A stretch of DNA of 64,000 nucleotides. It comes from a virus. Under the pieces are notes generated by a model. That model did not search any database, had not been told where the DNA came from, and saw only the letters and a program-made list of their open reading frames with translations. Where the stretch lies: positions 1-64,000 of the IMG/VR virus record IMGVR_UViG_3300022916_000006; one strand, 5' to 3'. Position 1 is the first letter of the stretch; every line of letters begins with the position of its first letter. The translations under genes were made by a program, and so were the position numbers. This document shows, piece by piece, positions 49,981 through 58,723 of this stretch.

Positions 49981-50978
49981 TTTTAACAGTGAATATAGAT
50001 AATATAAAAATTAGATTATTTAATGAAGATCAAATAATTATACCACATAAAATTGAAAATACACCACATTATAAATTGTTATGTGGAGAGCATGAACCAT
50101 ATAATAATTATTATGATAGAATGCATACCTTCAAAAAAGCAAAGCGTAATTATATGAATGATGCTGAGTATTTAGAATTTTGTCAATATTTTAGATATTT
50201 GGATGCACCATATGAATCTGATTATATTCAAGTAAAATTAATTGGTAATCGATTTGAATCGGTGGATGGTGATCATCGATTGTGTATATTAAAAAAACAA
50301 AAATATAAATATGTTCAAGTGAATATCATTGGTGGTGATTGTAAACATACCAGCTATTCGAATTTAATTAATATTGCAAGAGATGTTCATGAGCTTGAAG
50401 ATTATGTTGTTATAAAATCGAATAGTTTTTTTCCAGATTATTATGATTATGATGATTTGGATATTATGTGTAAAGATGTAACTAAATCTGCAATACAGTT
50501 ACAAGATGCATTCAAAATAAACTATCCAGAATTCAAATGTACATATACTAATAAAGGTATACGAGTTCATTTAGATTTGATACCACCTAATTTCACCAAG
50601 TTGAATTTTAGATATGACTTATTAAGTAAATTTCCATATGAATTAGCATTGGATCATGAACATAATATAGTTAAAGTGGAAGAAGAATATTTATCATTAA
50701 TATTTGATCGAAAAGTTAAGCGTGTAGTAAAAACACCAGTTGCATTTGATGAAGAAGAATTTGATATATATTTTCCACATGAAATGGATGATTTAGTTAT
50801 TAGTTTTCTTGAATGGGTATGGCAACCACATAAAACAAGACACATATTAACGGTGAGAGATAATTTTAAAAATGGAGCTGAGTTTATAGATATTGTGAAT
50901 AAATATACAAACGTTGAAATTGATTCAGAATATATCAATACAGTATTTGAGAGTATAAAAGATAGGGTGATTGAATGA
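49977..50978 (+). CDS. ParB/Srx-like plus nucleotidyltransferase-like fusion protein
   Basis: IQV...VDGDHRLCIL; then DDLDIMC...HLDL...RYDL. Confidence 0.5.
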   Translation: MILTVNIDNIKIRLFNEDQIIIPHKIENTPHYKLLCGEHEPYNNYYDRMHTFKKAKRNYMNDAEYLEFCQYFRYLDAPYESDYIQVKLIGNRFESVDGDHRLCILKKQKYKYVQVNIIGGDCKHTSYSNLINIARDVHELEDYVVIKSNSFFPDYYDYDDLDIMCKDVTKSAIQLQDAFKINYPEFKCTYTNKGIRVHLDLIPPNFTKLNFRYDLLSKFPYELALDHEHNIVKVEEEYLSLIFDRKVKRVVKTPVAFDEEEFDIYFPHEMDDLVISFLEWVWQPHKTRHILTVRDNFKNGAEFIDIVNKYTNVEIDSEYINTVFESIKDRVIE

Positions 50979-51568
50979 GCTTTGAAATAGTAACTAAATT
51001 TGAAAATGAAATAGCAAAATATTTCAATGCACCATATGCTGTTGCAGTAGATTGTTGTACACATGGAATTGAATTGTGTTTAAGATATTATGATCTAAGG
51101 ATTATTCATGTACCAAAAAGAACATATGCATCAATTCCAATGTTAGCAAATAAATTAGGAATTGAATTAATGTGGAAAGATGAAAATTGGACTGATTATT
51201 ATCATCTTGCATTTGGTGCTAATATAATTGATGCGGCTGTATATTGGAAGCGAGGTGGATATATACCAAATACTCATATGTGTTTGAGTTTTCAATTTCA
51301 AAAGCATTTGAGTTTAGGTAGAGGTGGTATGATTCTAACTGATAATAAATTTGTAAGTGATAATCTTAGAAAAATGTCATATGATGGTAGATTACCAAAT
51401 GTACCGTGGAGAGATCAAAACATTAGTACAATGGGATATCATTATTATCTTACACCTGAGACAGCACAAATGGGATTGAAAAAGTTACCATTAGCTATTA
51501 TGGAGAAACCAAGACAATGGACAATAAACGATTGGCCTGATTTAACAAAAATGGATGTATTTAAATGA
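50975..51568 (+). CDS. Short DegT-family PLP-dependent aminotransferase
   Basis: FENEIAKYF...AVAVDCCT, IIDAA, LSFQFQKHL..GRGGMILTD, GYHYYL; only 197 aa. Confidence 0.75.
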   Translation: MSFEIVTKFENEIAKYFNAPYAVAVDCCTHGIELCLRYYDLRIIHVPKRTYASIPMLANKLGIELMWKDENWTDYYHLAFGANIIDAAVYWKRGGYIPNTHMCLSFQFQKHLSLGRGGMILTDNKFVSDNLRKMSYDGRLPNVPWRDQNISTMGYHYYLTPETAQMGLKKLPLAIMEKPRQWTINDWPDLTKMDVFK

Positions 51569-51624
51569 ATAAAAAACGAAAAGCGGTAATATCAGGGATA
51601 GCAGGTCAGTTAGTAGTGGACTAA
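51565..51624 (+). pseudogene. gmd: Stranded 5' fragment of gmd
   Basis: MNKKRKAVISGIAGQ-LVVD*, ATGA-coupled to the upstream gene; matches the gmd N-terminus MKKRKAMITGINGQ at 52428. Confidence 0.8.
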
Positions 51625-51702
51625 TATAATGTGAGTTATTTCACTAATAAATGTTCTTTCATATATATTTATATATATATGCAAATATAATGGGAGAATA
51701 TA

Positions 51703-52422
51703 ATGAAAGTGAAACGTACAATTAAATTAACATGCAAGGGTATAAAATGTGATAAAGAATTTGAAGTACCAGATACAAAACGAGGTAGAAGTAAAATGTG
51801 TTGTTCACAATCATGTGCTAGCAGATTAAATAATACTGGTAAAAGGCACACTGAAGAATGGAAAAAAATGATTAGTGAAGGGCAATTAGGGGAAAAGAAT
51901 CATTTCTATGGTAGAACACATTCAGATAAAACAAAAGCTCAGATTGGAAAAAAGAATAGTGGTACATATGAGGAAAAATATGGAGAAGAGAAAGCGAATT
52001 TAATACGAGCAAAAATAAGTGAATCACAGATTGGTGAAAAGAATCATTTTTATGGTAAAACACATACGAGTGAAAGTAGAGCAAAATTAGGTAGAGATAT
52101 GAATGGTGAAAATAATCCAATGTATGGTAAAGGTTATTTATTAAAGGGTGATAAAAATGGAGCTTGGAAAGGTGGAATATCATTATTATATGGTGAAGAG
52201 TTTAATAATGAATTGAAGACTGAAATTAGAAAACGTGATAAGTTTACATGTGGAGTTTGTGAAAAAAATGGATATATAGTACACCATATAGATTATAATA
52301 AACATAATAACAATAAAAATAATTTAATAACACTATGCAGTTCAGATCATGGAAAAACGGGATTCAATAGAGAATCTTGGCAAGTGTTTTTTAAATTAAT
52401 AATGGAAAAAAAGGAAATATAA
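51703..52422 (+). mobile_element. Free-standing HNH homing endonuclease with NUMOD3 repeats
   Basis: Repeated GEKNHFYG(R/K)TH motifs, NPMYG and C-terminal CGVC...VHHIDYNKHNN...NLITLC..DH; a TATTTATA motif at 51666 and a GGGAG RBS lie upstream. Confidence 0.88.
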
Positions 52423-52427
52423 ATATA

Positions 52428-53408
52428 ATGAAAAAACGAAAAGCTATGATTACAGGAATTAATGGGCAGGATGGAAGTTTTTTAGCAGAGCACCTGTTAA
52501 GTAAAGATTATGATGTGTATGGGATTGTACGTAGAAATTCAGTAGCAGAACATCAAGAAAGTAGAATTGACCATTTAATAGGTAATGGTGTTCACACTGA
52601 ATATGGTGACTTATTAGATGTTGGTTCAATCGACAGAATGATAAAAGCAGTACAACCCGATGAGATATATAATATAGCGGCACAGTCACATGTTAGAATT
52701 AGTTTTGATATACCACAATTTACAGCACAGACAAATGCATTAGGTGTGTTGAATATGTTGGAATCATACAGATCACATTGCCCAACAGCTAAATTTTATC
52801 AAGCAAGTAGTAGTGAGATGTTTGGTAATTCATTTGATGGTGATCATTATCAAAGAGAAACTACAAAGATGTTACCAGTAAGTCCATATGGATGTAGTAA
52901 AATATTTGGATATAATATTGTAAGAACATATCGAAAAGCATATAATCTATTTGCATGTAATGGTATATTATTCAATCATGAATCACCAAGACGTGGTTCT
53001 AATTTTGTAACAAATAAAGTTGTTCAAGCGGCTGTTAAAATAAAGGTTGGATTGCAAGATCAATTGGAACTTGGTAACATGGATGCATATAGAGATTGGG
53101 GACATTCAAAAGATTATGTACGAGCAATGCATATGATATTAAATCATACGGAACCAGATGATTTTGTTGTTGCTACTGGAATTACACATTCAGTTAGAGA
53201 ATTATGTGATCATGTGTTTAGTAGACTTGGGATGGATTATAGAGATTATGTAGTTCAAAATCAAAAGTTTTTAAGACCTGATGAGTTGAAATATCTAAGA
53301 GGGGATTCAACTAAAGTTAGAGAAACATTGGGTTGGAAACCAGACTATACATTCGAAACGTTGTTAGATGAGATGGTCGATCATTGGATGATTAAATATG
53401 AAGATTAG
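52428..53408 (+). CDS. gmd: GDP-mannose 4,6-dehydratase
   Basis: ITGINGQDGSFLAEHLL, YNIAAQSHV.ISF, FYQASSSEMFG, SPYGCSK, LFNHESPRRG, RDWGHSKDYV. Confidence 0.96.
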   Translation: MKKRKAMITGINGQDGSFLAEHLLSKDYDVYGIVRRNSVAEHQESRIDHLIGNGVHTEYGDLLDVGSIDRMIKAVQPDEIYNIAAQSHVRISFDIPQFTAQTNALGVLNMLESYRSHCPTAKFYQASSSEMFGNSFDGDHYQRETTKMLPVSPYGCSKIFGYNIVRTYRKAYNLFACNGILFNHESPRRGSNFVTNKVVQAAVKIKVGLQDQLELGNMDAYRDWGHSKDYVRAMHMILNHTEPDDFVVATGITHSVRELCDHVFSRLGMDYRDYVVQNQKFLRPDELKYLRGDSTKVRETLGWKPDYTFETLLDEMVDHWMIKYED

Positions 53409-54108
53409 TATAGTACAGAATTTCATATGCACATTGGACACTCGGTTGAAAATACTACAAGACAATATATCTAAATATTCTGAAGTATTCACTGATTGTA
53501 ATTTTGTTGTTAATTTTAATGATACAGTTAATTTTGACATAATAAATCATTTATATTCAACTGAACTTGATATAAATGGTGATGTATTTCTATTCAATAA
53601 TCTAATACGAGATTGGGCATTGACTACATTATCAATGATGGAATATGTTAATACTCCATATGTATTATATCTATGTGAAGATCAAGTTCCGAATATGACC
53701 AAATTAGATTTTGATAATATTATAAATGAATTTTCAGATGAGCTGGATATGGATTATATGTTGTTAACAAGAATAGGTAAATATACAGAAGATATATATA
53801 CTAAAAATTACACTGAACATAAATATGGATATTCGTATTTATGTGAAAATGCACCACATAAGAGATTATCATTAGATGCAATATATAGAACTGATTTTTT
53901 CAAAGAACGATTGGAAGAGTTCATATTGAATCATGATAAGTGTACACATGATATACCATTTAGACAGATAAACTTACCAAATTTTTATGAAGGTTATTAT
54001 GACTTTTATAATGGAACAGCAAGATTTAGTGGAGTGAAATGTTACATACCGAAACAGAATATATTAGTGGAGTACAACGATGAACGTGAAAAATATACCT
54101 ATATCTAA
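53398..54108 (+). CDS. Putative glycosyltransferase-like protein
   Basis: Island context; YVLYLCED DxD-like motif. Confidence 0.45.
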   Translation: MKISIVQNFICTLDTRLKILQDNISKYSEVFTDCNFVVNFNDTVNFDIINHLYSTELDINGDVFLFNNLIRDWALTTLSMMEYVNTPYVLYLCEDQVPNMTKLDFDNIINEFSDELDMDYMLLTRIGKYTEDIYTKNYTEHKYGYSYLCENAPHKRLSLDAIYRTDFFKERLEEFILNHDKCTHDIPFRQINLPNFYEGYYDFYNGTARFSGVKCYIPKQNILVEYNDEREKYTYI

Positions 54109-54364
54109 TCCATTTTATATTATTCAATATAAACCAATGGGATTTTCTGTAAATCCAGTATATGTTGTTATTGATTTAACTCAAGTGGATGATTCAGATA
54201 TTAGAGAAGCACGAAAATTTGCAACAAAAGAATTAGCAGCCAAAGAAATACTTAATATTGTATATGAAGAAATGTTCGACATAGATGATGCGAGAGACTT
54301 GTTTACAATTATAGAGCATACTGTAGAGACAATAGAATCTACACATGTAGCTCAATTATTATGA
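54080..54364 (+). CDS. Detached member of the YY(I)I...ELxxxLL small-protein family
   Basis: FYIIQY, EARKFATKELA, C-terminal THVAQLL. Confidence 0.65.
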   Translation: MNVKNIPISNPFYIIQYKPMGFSVNPVYVVIDLTQVDDSDIREARKFATKELAAKEILNIVYEEMFDIDDARDLFTIIEHTVETIESTHVAQLL

Positions 54365-56115
54365 AAATAACAACAGTGAATACATTAGACTTTGATTTAT
54401 TAGAAATCATAAAGGATAAATCAAATAGAGTAATTGATGGAGTGAATCATGGTAGAATTACTTACTATGATCGTATAAGGGATCGATATATAAAGATATT
54501 TGATGAGGACTACTGTAGACTATCATATTTTAAGAACGCTATTAAATGTGGATATTATGATACATTAGCTCCAGCACTATCATCGGTCATATTTGATAAT
54601 GGCAATATAATTGGTTATATAACGAATGCTGGTAAAGTGTTAAATGATTTAAATCTATTAAAAGAATATGAAAATAAAATAATTGATGTATGTGATGCAA
54701 GTGGATTATTTTATTATGATTTAGTTCCAGAAAATGTAATACAATTACCAAATGGTGAGTTAAGCTTAATTGATTTGGATGGTGTATATGATATTTCAGA
54801 TTACAGTTTGATGAATTCACATAATGCAGAAATCAAACCAAATACATTAAAAAAATATATACAACAAAAATGGAGTGATAAATATATGAAGCCAATTAGT
54901 TTTATAATACCAAGCAGAACAAATCTAAAATATTTAAAACAAGCATATAATTCAATAAGACAAAATCTACATCCAATGCATGAAATTTGTATTGCCGATG
55001 ATGCTTCAACAGATGATACTTGGAAGTGGTTGACTGAAAAAGTCAAAACAGATGTTAATTTAAAATTATATAAAAATGAAGGTCCAGATAGATTAGGTCA
55101 CACAATATTATATGATACATTGGTGAATGAAATATCAACAAAGGATATTATCTGTATATTTCATGCTGATATGTATGCATGTAAAGGATTAGATGATGAG
55201 TTTATTAAATATCTAAAGCCAAGTGTAGTTGTGTCAGGTACTCGAATTGAACCACCATTACATCCAGACGGTCCTGAAAAGATAATAAAAGATTTTGGAA
55301 TAGAACCAGAAGAATTTAAAGAAAGTGAATTAAACGATTTTGTTGAAAATTTAAAAAATCAACATAGAACCAAATTAACAAATGGTATATTTGCACCCTG
55401 GGCTATGTATAAAGATGACTTTCAATCAATTCATGGACACGATCCATTATATGCCCCACAATCAAAAGAAGATTCGGACATCTTTAATAAGATGCATCTT
55501 GCTGGATATGATTTTATTCAGACTTGGAATGGTTTTGTATATCATATGACATGTCGTGGAAGTAGATTTGCTGATGGTGCAAAGAGAAATCCAAATGGTG
55601 AAGTATTTATGAAAAATCGTGAGACTGATGAATGGTTGACTCAGAATAAAAAATCACATAGAAACTTCATTCGTAAATGGAGCTCAACGGTATTACATGA
55701 TGCATATTTGAAACCAATAGTAAAGAATAAATATAATATTGGATTAGTAATATCAAATGCTAACTATGAATTAATTGAAATACTTGAACCATTCTTTGCA
55801 ACATTATATGTAGATTGTGATTTTAAAATATATGTTGACAATGAACAACCAAACACATTATATTCAATGATGGATAGAGTACAGAATATTGATGTTACAC
55901 CACATAATGATATTGTTGTAGAATTCGATGCATCAAAATTAACAAATGAATTGCTCAATGAATTCTTGATAAAATTATCAGATGTGATTGCAGATTCTGG
56001 TGAAATTGGTGAGTTCGAATATGAGATATTTAAAATAAAAATAAAAAGTGTTTCATCATATCAAAAAGATTTATTATATTATGATAACAATATAATCAAT
56101 AAAAGAGCGTTTTAA
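54361..56115 (+). CDS. Kinase-like domain fused to a GT2 glycosyltransferase
   Basis: YIKIF, YYDLVPENV, LIDLDG; then ISFIIP, IADDASTD, FHADM, EDSD, VYHMTCR. Confidence 0.8.
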   Translation: MKITTVNTLDFDLLEIIKDKSNRVIDGVNHGRITYYDRIRDRYIKIFDEDYCRLSYFKNAIKCGYYDTLAPALSSVIFDNGNIIGYITNAGKVLNDLNLLKEYENKIIDVCDASGLFYYDLVPENVIQLPNGELSLIDLDGVYDISDYSLMNSHNAEIKPNTLKKYIQQKWSDKYMKPISFIIPSRTNLKYLKQAYNSIRQNLHPMHEICIADDASTDDTWKWLTEKVKTDVNLKLYKNEGPDRLGHTILYDTLVNEISTKDIICIFHADMYACKGLDDEFIKYLKPSVVVSGTRIEPPLHPDGPEKIIKDFGIEPEEFKESELNDFVENLKNQHRTKLTNGIFAPWAMYKDDFQSIHGHDPLYAPQSKEDSDIFNKMHLAGYDFIQTWNGFVYHMTCRGSRFADGAKRNPNGEVFMKNRETDEWLTQNKKSHRNFIRKWSSTVLHDAYLKPIVKNKYNIGLVISNANYELIEILEPFFATLYVDCDFKIYVDNEQPNTLYSMMDRVQNIDVTPHNDIVVEFDASKLTNELLNEFLIKLSDVIADSGEIGEFEYEIFKIKIKSVSSYQKDLLYYDNNIINKRAF

Positions 56116-56390
56116 TGAAATATCCATGTTATATAGTCAAGATGAAGTCAACCAACAATATGGCGTTTAGTTGTAGTCCAGCATATTTAACCAAAGCATC
56201 AACAGGTGTTGTGACTGGTAAAATATGGATAGATTCTAATATTAATGATGCTATTAGATTTGAAAGAAACGTAGATATAAAAAACTTACATAAACATGAA
56301 ATTCCAATTAATTTATCAATATTAGTGGCTAAATATGGCGAACCAATGAAAATAAATTCAGAAGCTGAATGGGTAGCAATGATGTTATGA
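56115..56390 (+). CDS. Small-protein array member 1
   Basis: MKYPCYIV...DAIRF...SEAEWVAMML. Confidence 0.75.
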   Translation: MKYPCYIVKMKSTNNMAFSCSPAYLTKASTGVVTGKIWIDSNINDAIRFERNVDIKNLHKHEIPINLSILVAKYGEPMKINSEAEWVAMML

Positions 56391-56605
56391 AATATTATAT
56401 GATATATGATCCAGGTATGAGTGCCACCGAATTAAAATTTGTTTTTTATAATAGAGCATTGACTGTTTATAAATATACAACTGACTTTAGCAATAGTGAT
56501 ATTGTAGTATCAGATTCTAGAGATAAATTAAATAGTAATAGTGGTAAACGTTGGGGAAATGTTAAAGTATTTTCTGAAAATGAAATTATACCATATATAT
56601 TGTAA
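56387..56605 (+). CDS. Small-protein array member 2
   Basis: MKYYMI...SENEIIPYIL; start reassigned to the ATGA overlap at 56387. Confidence 0.75.
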   Translation: MKYYMIYDPGMSATELKFVFYNRALTVYKYTTDFSNSDIVVSDSRDKLNSNSGKRWGNVKVFSENEIIPYIL

Positions 56606-56610
56606 AACAT

Positions 56611-56835
56611 ATGAAATATTATATTATAAGACCCAAGACAGATATAAAAAATCCATATATTGCCCAAATGTCTAAGAATGATTATTATGCTACCCGTAAT
56701 GTTGAAGACATTGTATCATTTAAAACCAAGTCTGAAGCTCAAAGAGTGATAGCACATGAAAGTATGAGGTATCCTGAGTTCTGGTGTGATGCTTATGTGA
56801 TAGATGAAAATGAACTGATACCCCATCTGTTATGA
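56611..56835 (+). CDS. Small-protein array member 3
   Basis: MKYYII...FKTKSEA...DENELIPHLL. Confidence 0.8.
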   Translation: MKYYIIRPKTDIKNPYIAQMSKNDYYATRNVEDIVSFKTKSEAQRVIAHESMRYPEFWCDAYVIDENELIPHLL

Positions 56836-57062
56836 AATATTATATTATACGAATAAGTGATAATGAAAACCATTACAAATATGTTATGACAAGTGGATCA
56901 GGGTTACATTATGGGGCATCACCAGACTATACAAGGATAACAGCATTCAAGTCCAAAACACAAGCACAAAACATAATAACTGCAGGCTGTAAACGTGATA
57001 TGAATTTTTGGCATGATATGGTGGTAGTAAATGAGAATGAATTGGTTGCACATATTTTATGA
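56832..57062 (+). CDS. Small-protein array member 4
   Basis: MKYYII...FKSKTQA...NENELVAHIL. Confidence 0.8.
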   Translation: MKYYIIRISDNENHYKYVMTSGSGLHYGASPDYTRITAFKSKTQAQNIITAGCKRDMNFWHDMVVVNENELVAHIL

Positions 57063-57313
57063 AACGTTATTATATTGTATGGAAATATGTTGATATTGAT
57101 AAGAGTTCAGTTGGAAATTGGCTCTGGCATTATGCTTACATGCGTAAGTATGTAATTGATGATGAACATGATGTTTTTTATTGGACATTTAATATAAATG
57201 AAGCACGGGTTTTTAATTATAAACTTTATGCTAAATGGTACATGTGGAGTCGAAAACGAACAGCTCATATGTGTATATTATCAGAACAAGAATTAGTATT
57301 GAAATTATTATGA
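57059..57313 (+). CDS. Small-protein array member 5
   Basis: MKRYYIV...EARVF...SEQELVLKLL. Confidence 0.8.
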   Translation: MKRYYIVWKYVDIDKSSVGNWLWHYAYMRKYVIDDEHDVFYWTFNINEARVFNYKLYAKWYMWSRKRTAHMCILSEQELVLKLL

Positions 57314-57522
57314 ACAAATATTATATTGTATATCGTGTTAGTAGCTCAAATGAGTACGTATATAGAGGATCGAATGGGTGGTTGAGTACAACAAATGATA
57401 GAAAAATTATACCATATGAATCATATGAACATGCTATGGTGGATTATGTTGGGTTGCATTGGGATATAGCGGATAACACATCAATAATGGATGAAATTGA
57501 ATTGCTTGCTAAATTATTATGA
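57310..57522 (+). CDS. Small-protein array member 6
   Basis: MNKYYIV...YESYEHA...DEIELLAKLL; start reassigned to the ATGA overlap at 57310. Confidence 0.8.
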   Translation: MNKYYIVYRVSSSNEYVYRGSNGWLSTTNDRKIIPYESYEHAMVDYVGLHWDIADNTSIMDEIELLAKLL

Positions 57523-57833
57523 ACAAAACGCTCAAACCAAGAATATATCCATATTATGTATTAAGATTAAAAGATGGTAAAAAAGGATATGCATCTCAAG
57601 TACATCATCGTAAAACATCTCACATATTTAGACGACAATTTGGATCATTTAAACAAACAGTCAAGCGACCTAAGATAATACATTCAGTGGATATGTTGGA
57701 AGCTCATAAATTTAAAACCTTTATTGAAGCATATGCTATGTGCAATATTAGTGTGAAATGGACCAATGAAGATAGTTTATATGATATAATTAAAATATCA
57801 GATGAAGCATGTGAAATGGTATATTTATTATGA
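57519..57833 (+). CDS. Small-protein array member 7
   Basis: PYYVL...EAHKFKTFIEA...EACEMVYLL. Confidence 0.8.
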   Translation: MNKTLKPRIYPYYVLRLKDGKKGYASQVHHRKTSHIFRRQFGSFKQTVKRPKIIHSVDMLEAHKFKTFIEAYAMCNISVKWTNEDSLYDIIKISDEACEMVYLL

Positions 57834-58072
57834 AACATTATATAATATATAAAGATGAAAGAGATAGTGGATATGTTCAATATGATATTACGGCAAATTC
57901 TTATGAATTAACTAAAAATATTAATAATATTATTGGATTTGATTCCAAAAGAAAAGCACAATTTATGATTACAGAGAGAATTAATTATTGTATTAAGCGT
58001 GGGTATAATTATCACTTCTGGAGTTATGTAACAATAGTGACAGAAAGTGAATTGGTTGCATATTTATTATGA
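57830..58072 (+). CDS. Small-protein array member 8
   Basis: MKHYII...FDSKRKA...TESELVAYLL. Confidence 0.8.
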   Translation: MKHYIIYKDERDSGYVQYDITANSYELTKNINNIIGFDSKRKAQFMITERINYCIKRGYNYHFWSYVTIVTESELVAYLL

Positions 58073-58311
58073 AATATTATATTATAGCAATAAAGGGTGA
58101 TACAACATATTACAGATCATATTTCTTAAGGAGACATGAAGATATATATTCATACTGGTCAATAAAATTTAAAAAAGCAATAGAATTTATATCTAGGGAT
58201 GAAGCAACTAAGTTTACAAAAACTCATAGCTATAAATATACAGTTGGTGTACCATCTATGAGTGATCTTAAAATTGTATCAGAAACTGAATTAGTTGCAT
58301 ATTTATTATAG
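58069..58311 (+). CDS. Small-protein array member 9
   Basis: MKYYII...KAIEFISRDEA...SETELVAYLL. Confidence 0.8.
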   Translation: MKYYIIAIKGDTTYYRSYFLRRHEDIYSYWSIKFKKAIEFISRDEATKFTKTHSYKYTVGVPSMSDLKIVSETELVAYLL

Positions 58312-58346
58312 TGTAAGAGAATAACATATGAATAAGGAAAATTAAA

Positions 58347-58493
58347 ATGACAAAGGTGGATTACAATGCCTTTGATGATGATAAGAATGACGGCTTTAAA
58401 AAAAGCAAGAAGCGCATCAAACGAATAAAAAAACGAAAAAGTGGCTATGATAAGAAATCATCAGATCACAGAAAAAACAAACCAAAGAGGTAA
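58347..58493 (+). CDS. 48-aa highly basic protein (not in the ORF track)
   Basis: MTKVDYNAFDDDKNDGFKKSKKRIKRIKKRKSGYDKKSSDHRKNKPKR*; an AAGGA RBS lies upstream and the ORF fills the intergenic gap. Confidence 0.6.
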   Translation: MTKVDYNAFDDDKNDGFKKSKKRIKRIKKRKSGYDKKSSDHRKNKPKR

Positions 58494-58498
58494 GTTAC

Positions 58499-58723
58499 AT
58501 GTTGGATTTTTCAAGAATGATAGCATTTGTTGAAAATGGTGTAAAGAAGATAAAATTACCAAAATTATGCGTAATTGGAATTCATAAATTTTCAAAGTGG
58601 GAAATTGTGGACGAAGGTGATCGTATTAATAATATATCAAAAGCACCAATTGGCAGATATATAGAACAAAAAAAAGAATGCCCAAAATGTGGTATAGTAA
58701 AACTTAGAATAGAACTTTCTTAA
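58499..58723 (+). CDS. Small Cys/His protein
   Basis: LCVIGIHKF...ECPKCG. Confidence 0.65.
   Translation: MLDFSRMIAFVENGVKKIKLPKLCVIGIHKFSKWEIVDEGDRINNISKAPIGRYIEQKKECPKCGIVKLRIELS

Noticed and set aside
51607-52427. Group I intron or intein in gmd
   Set aside because: The non-coding flanks (about 80 nt and 5 nt) are too short for a ribozyme core, the frame is stopped, and the downstream gmd has its own complete N-terminus.
56115-58311. The small-gene array as a CRISPR array, integron or DGR target set
   Set aside because: The repeats are degenerate coding ends with 200-300 bp open frames between them; there are no attC-like inverted repeats, no integrase, no reverse transcriptase and no template/variable repeat pair in the window.
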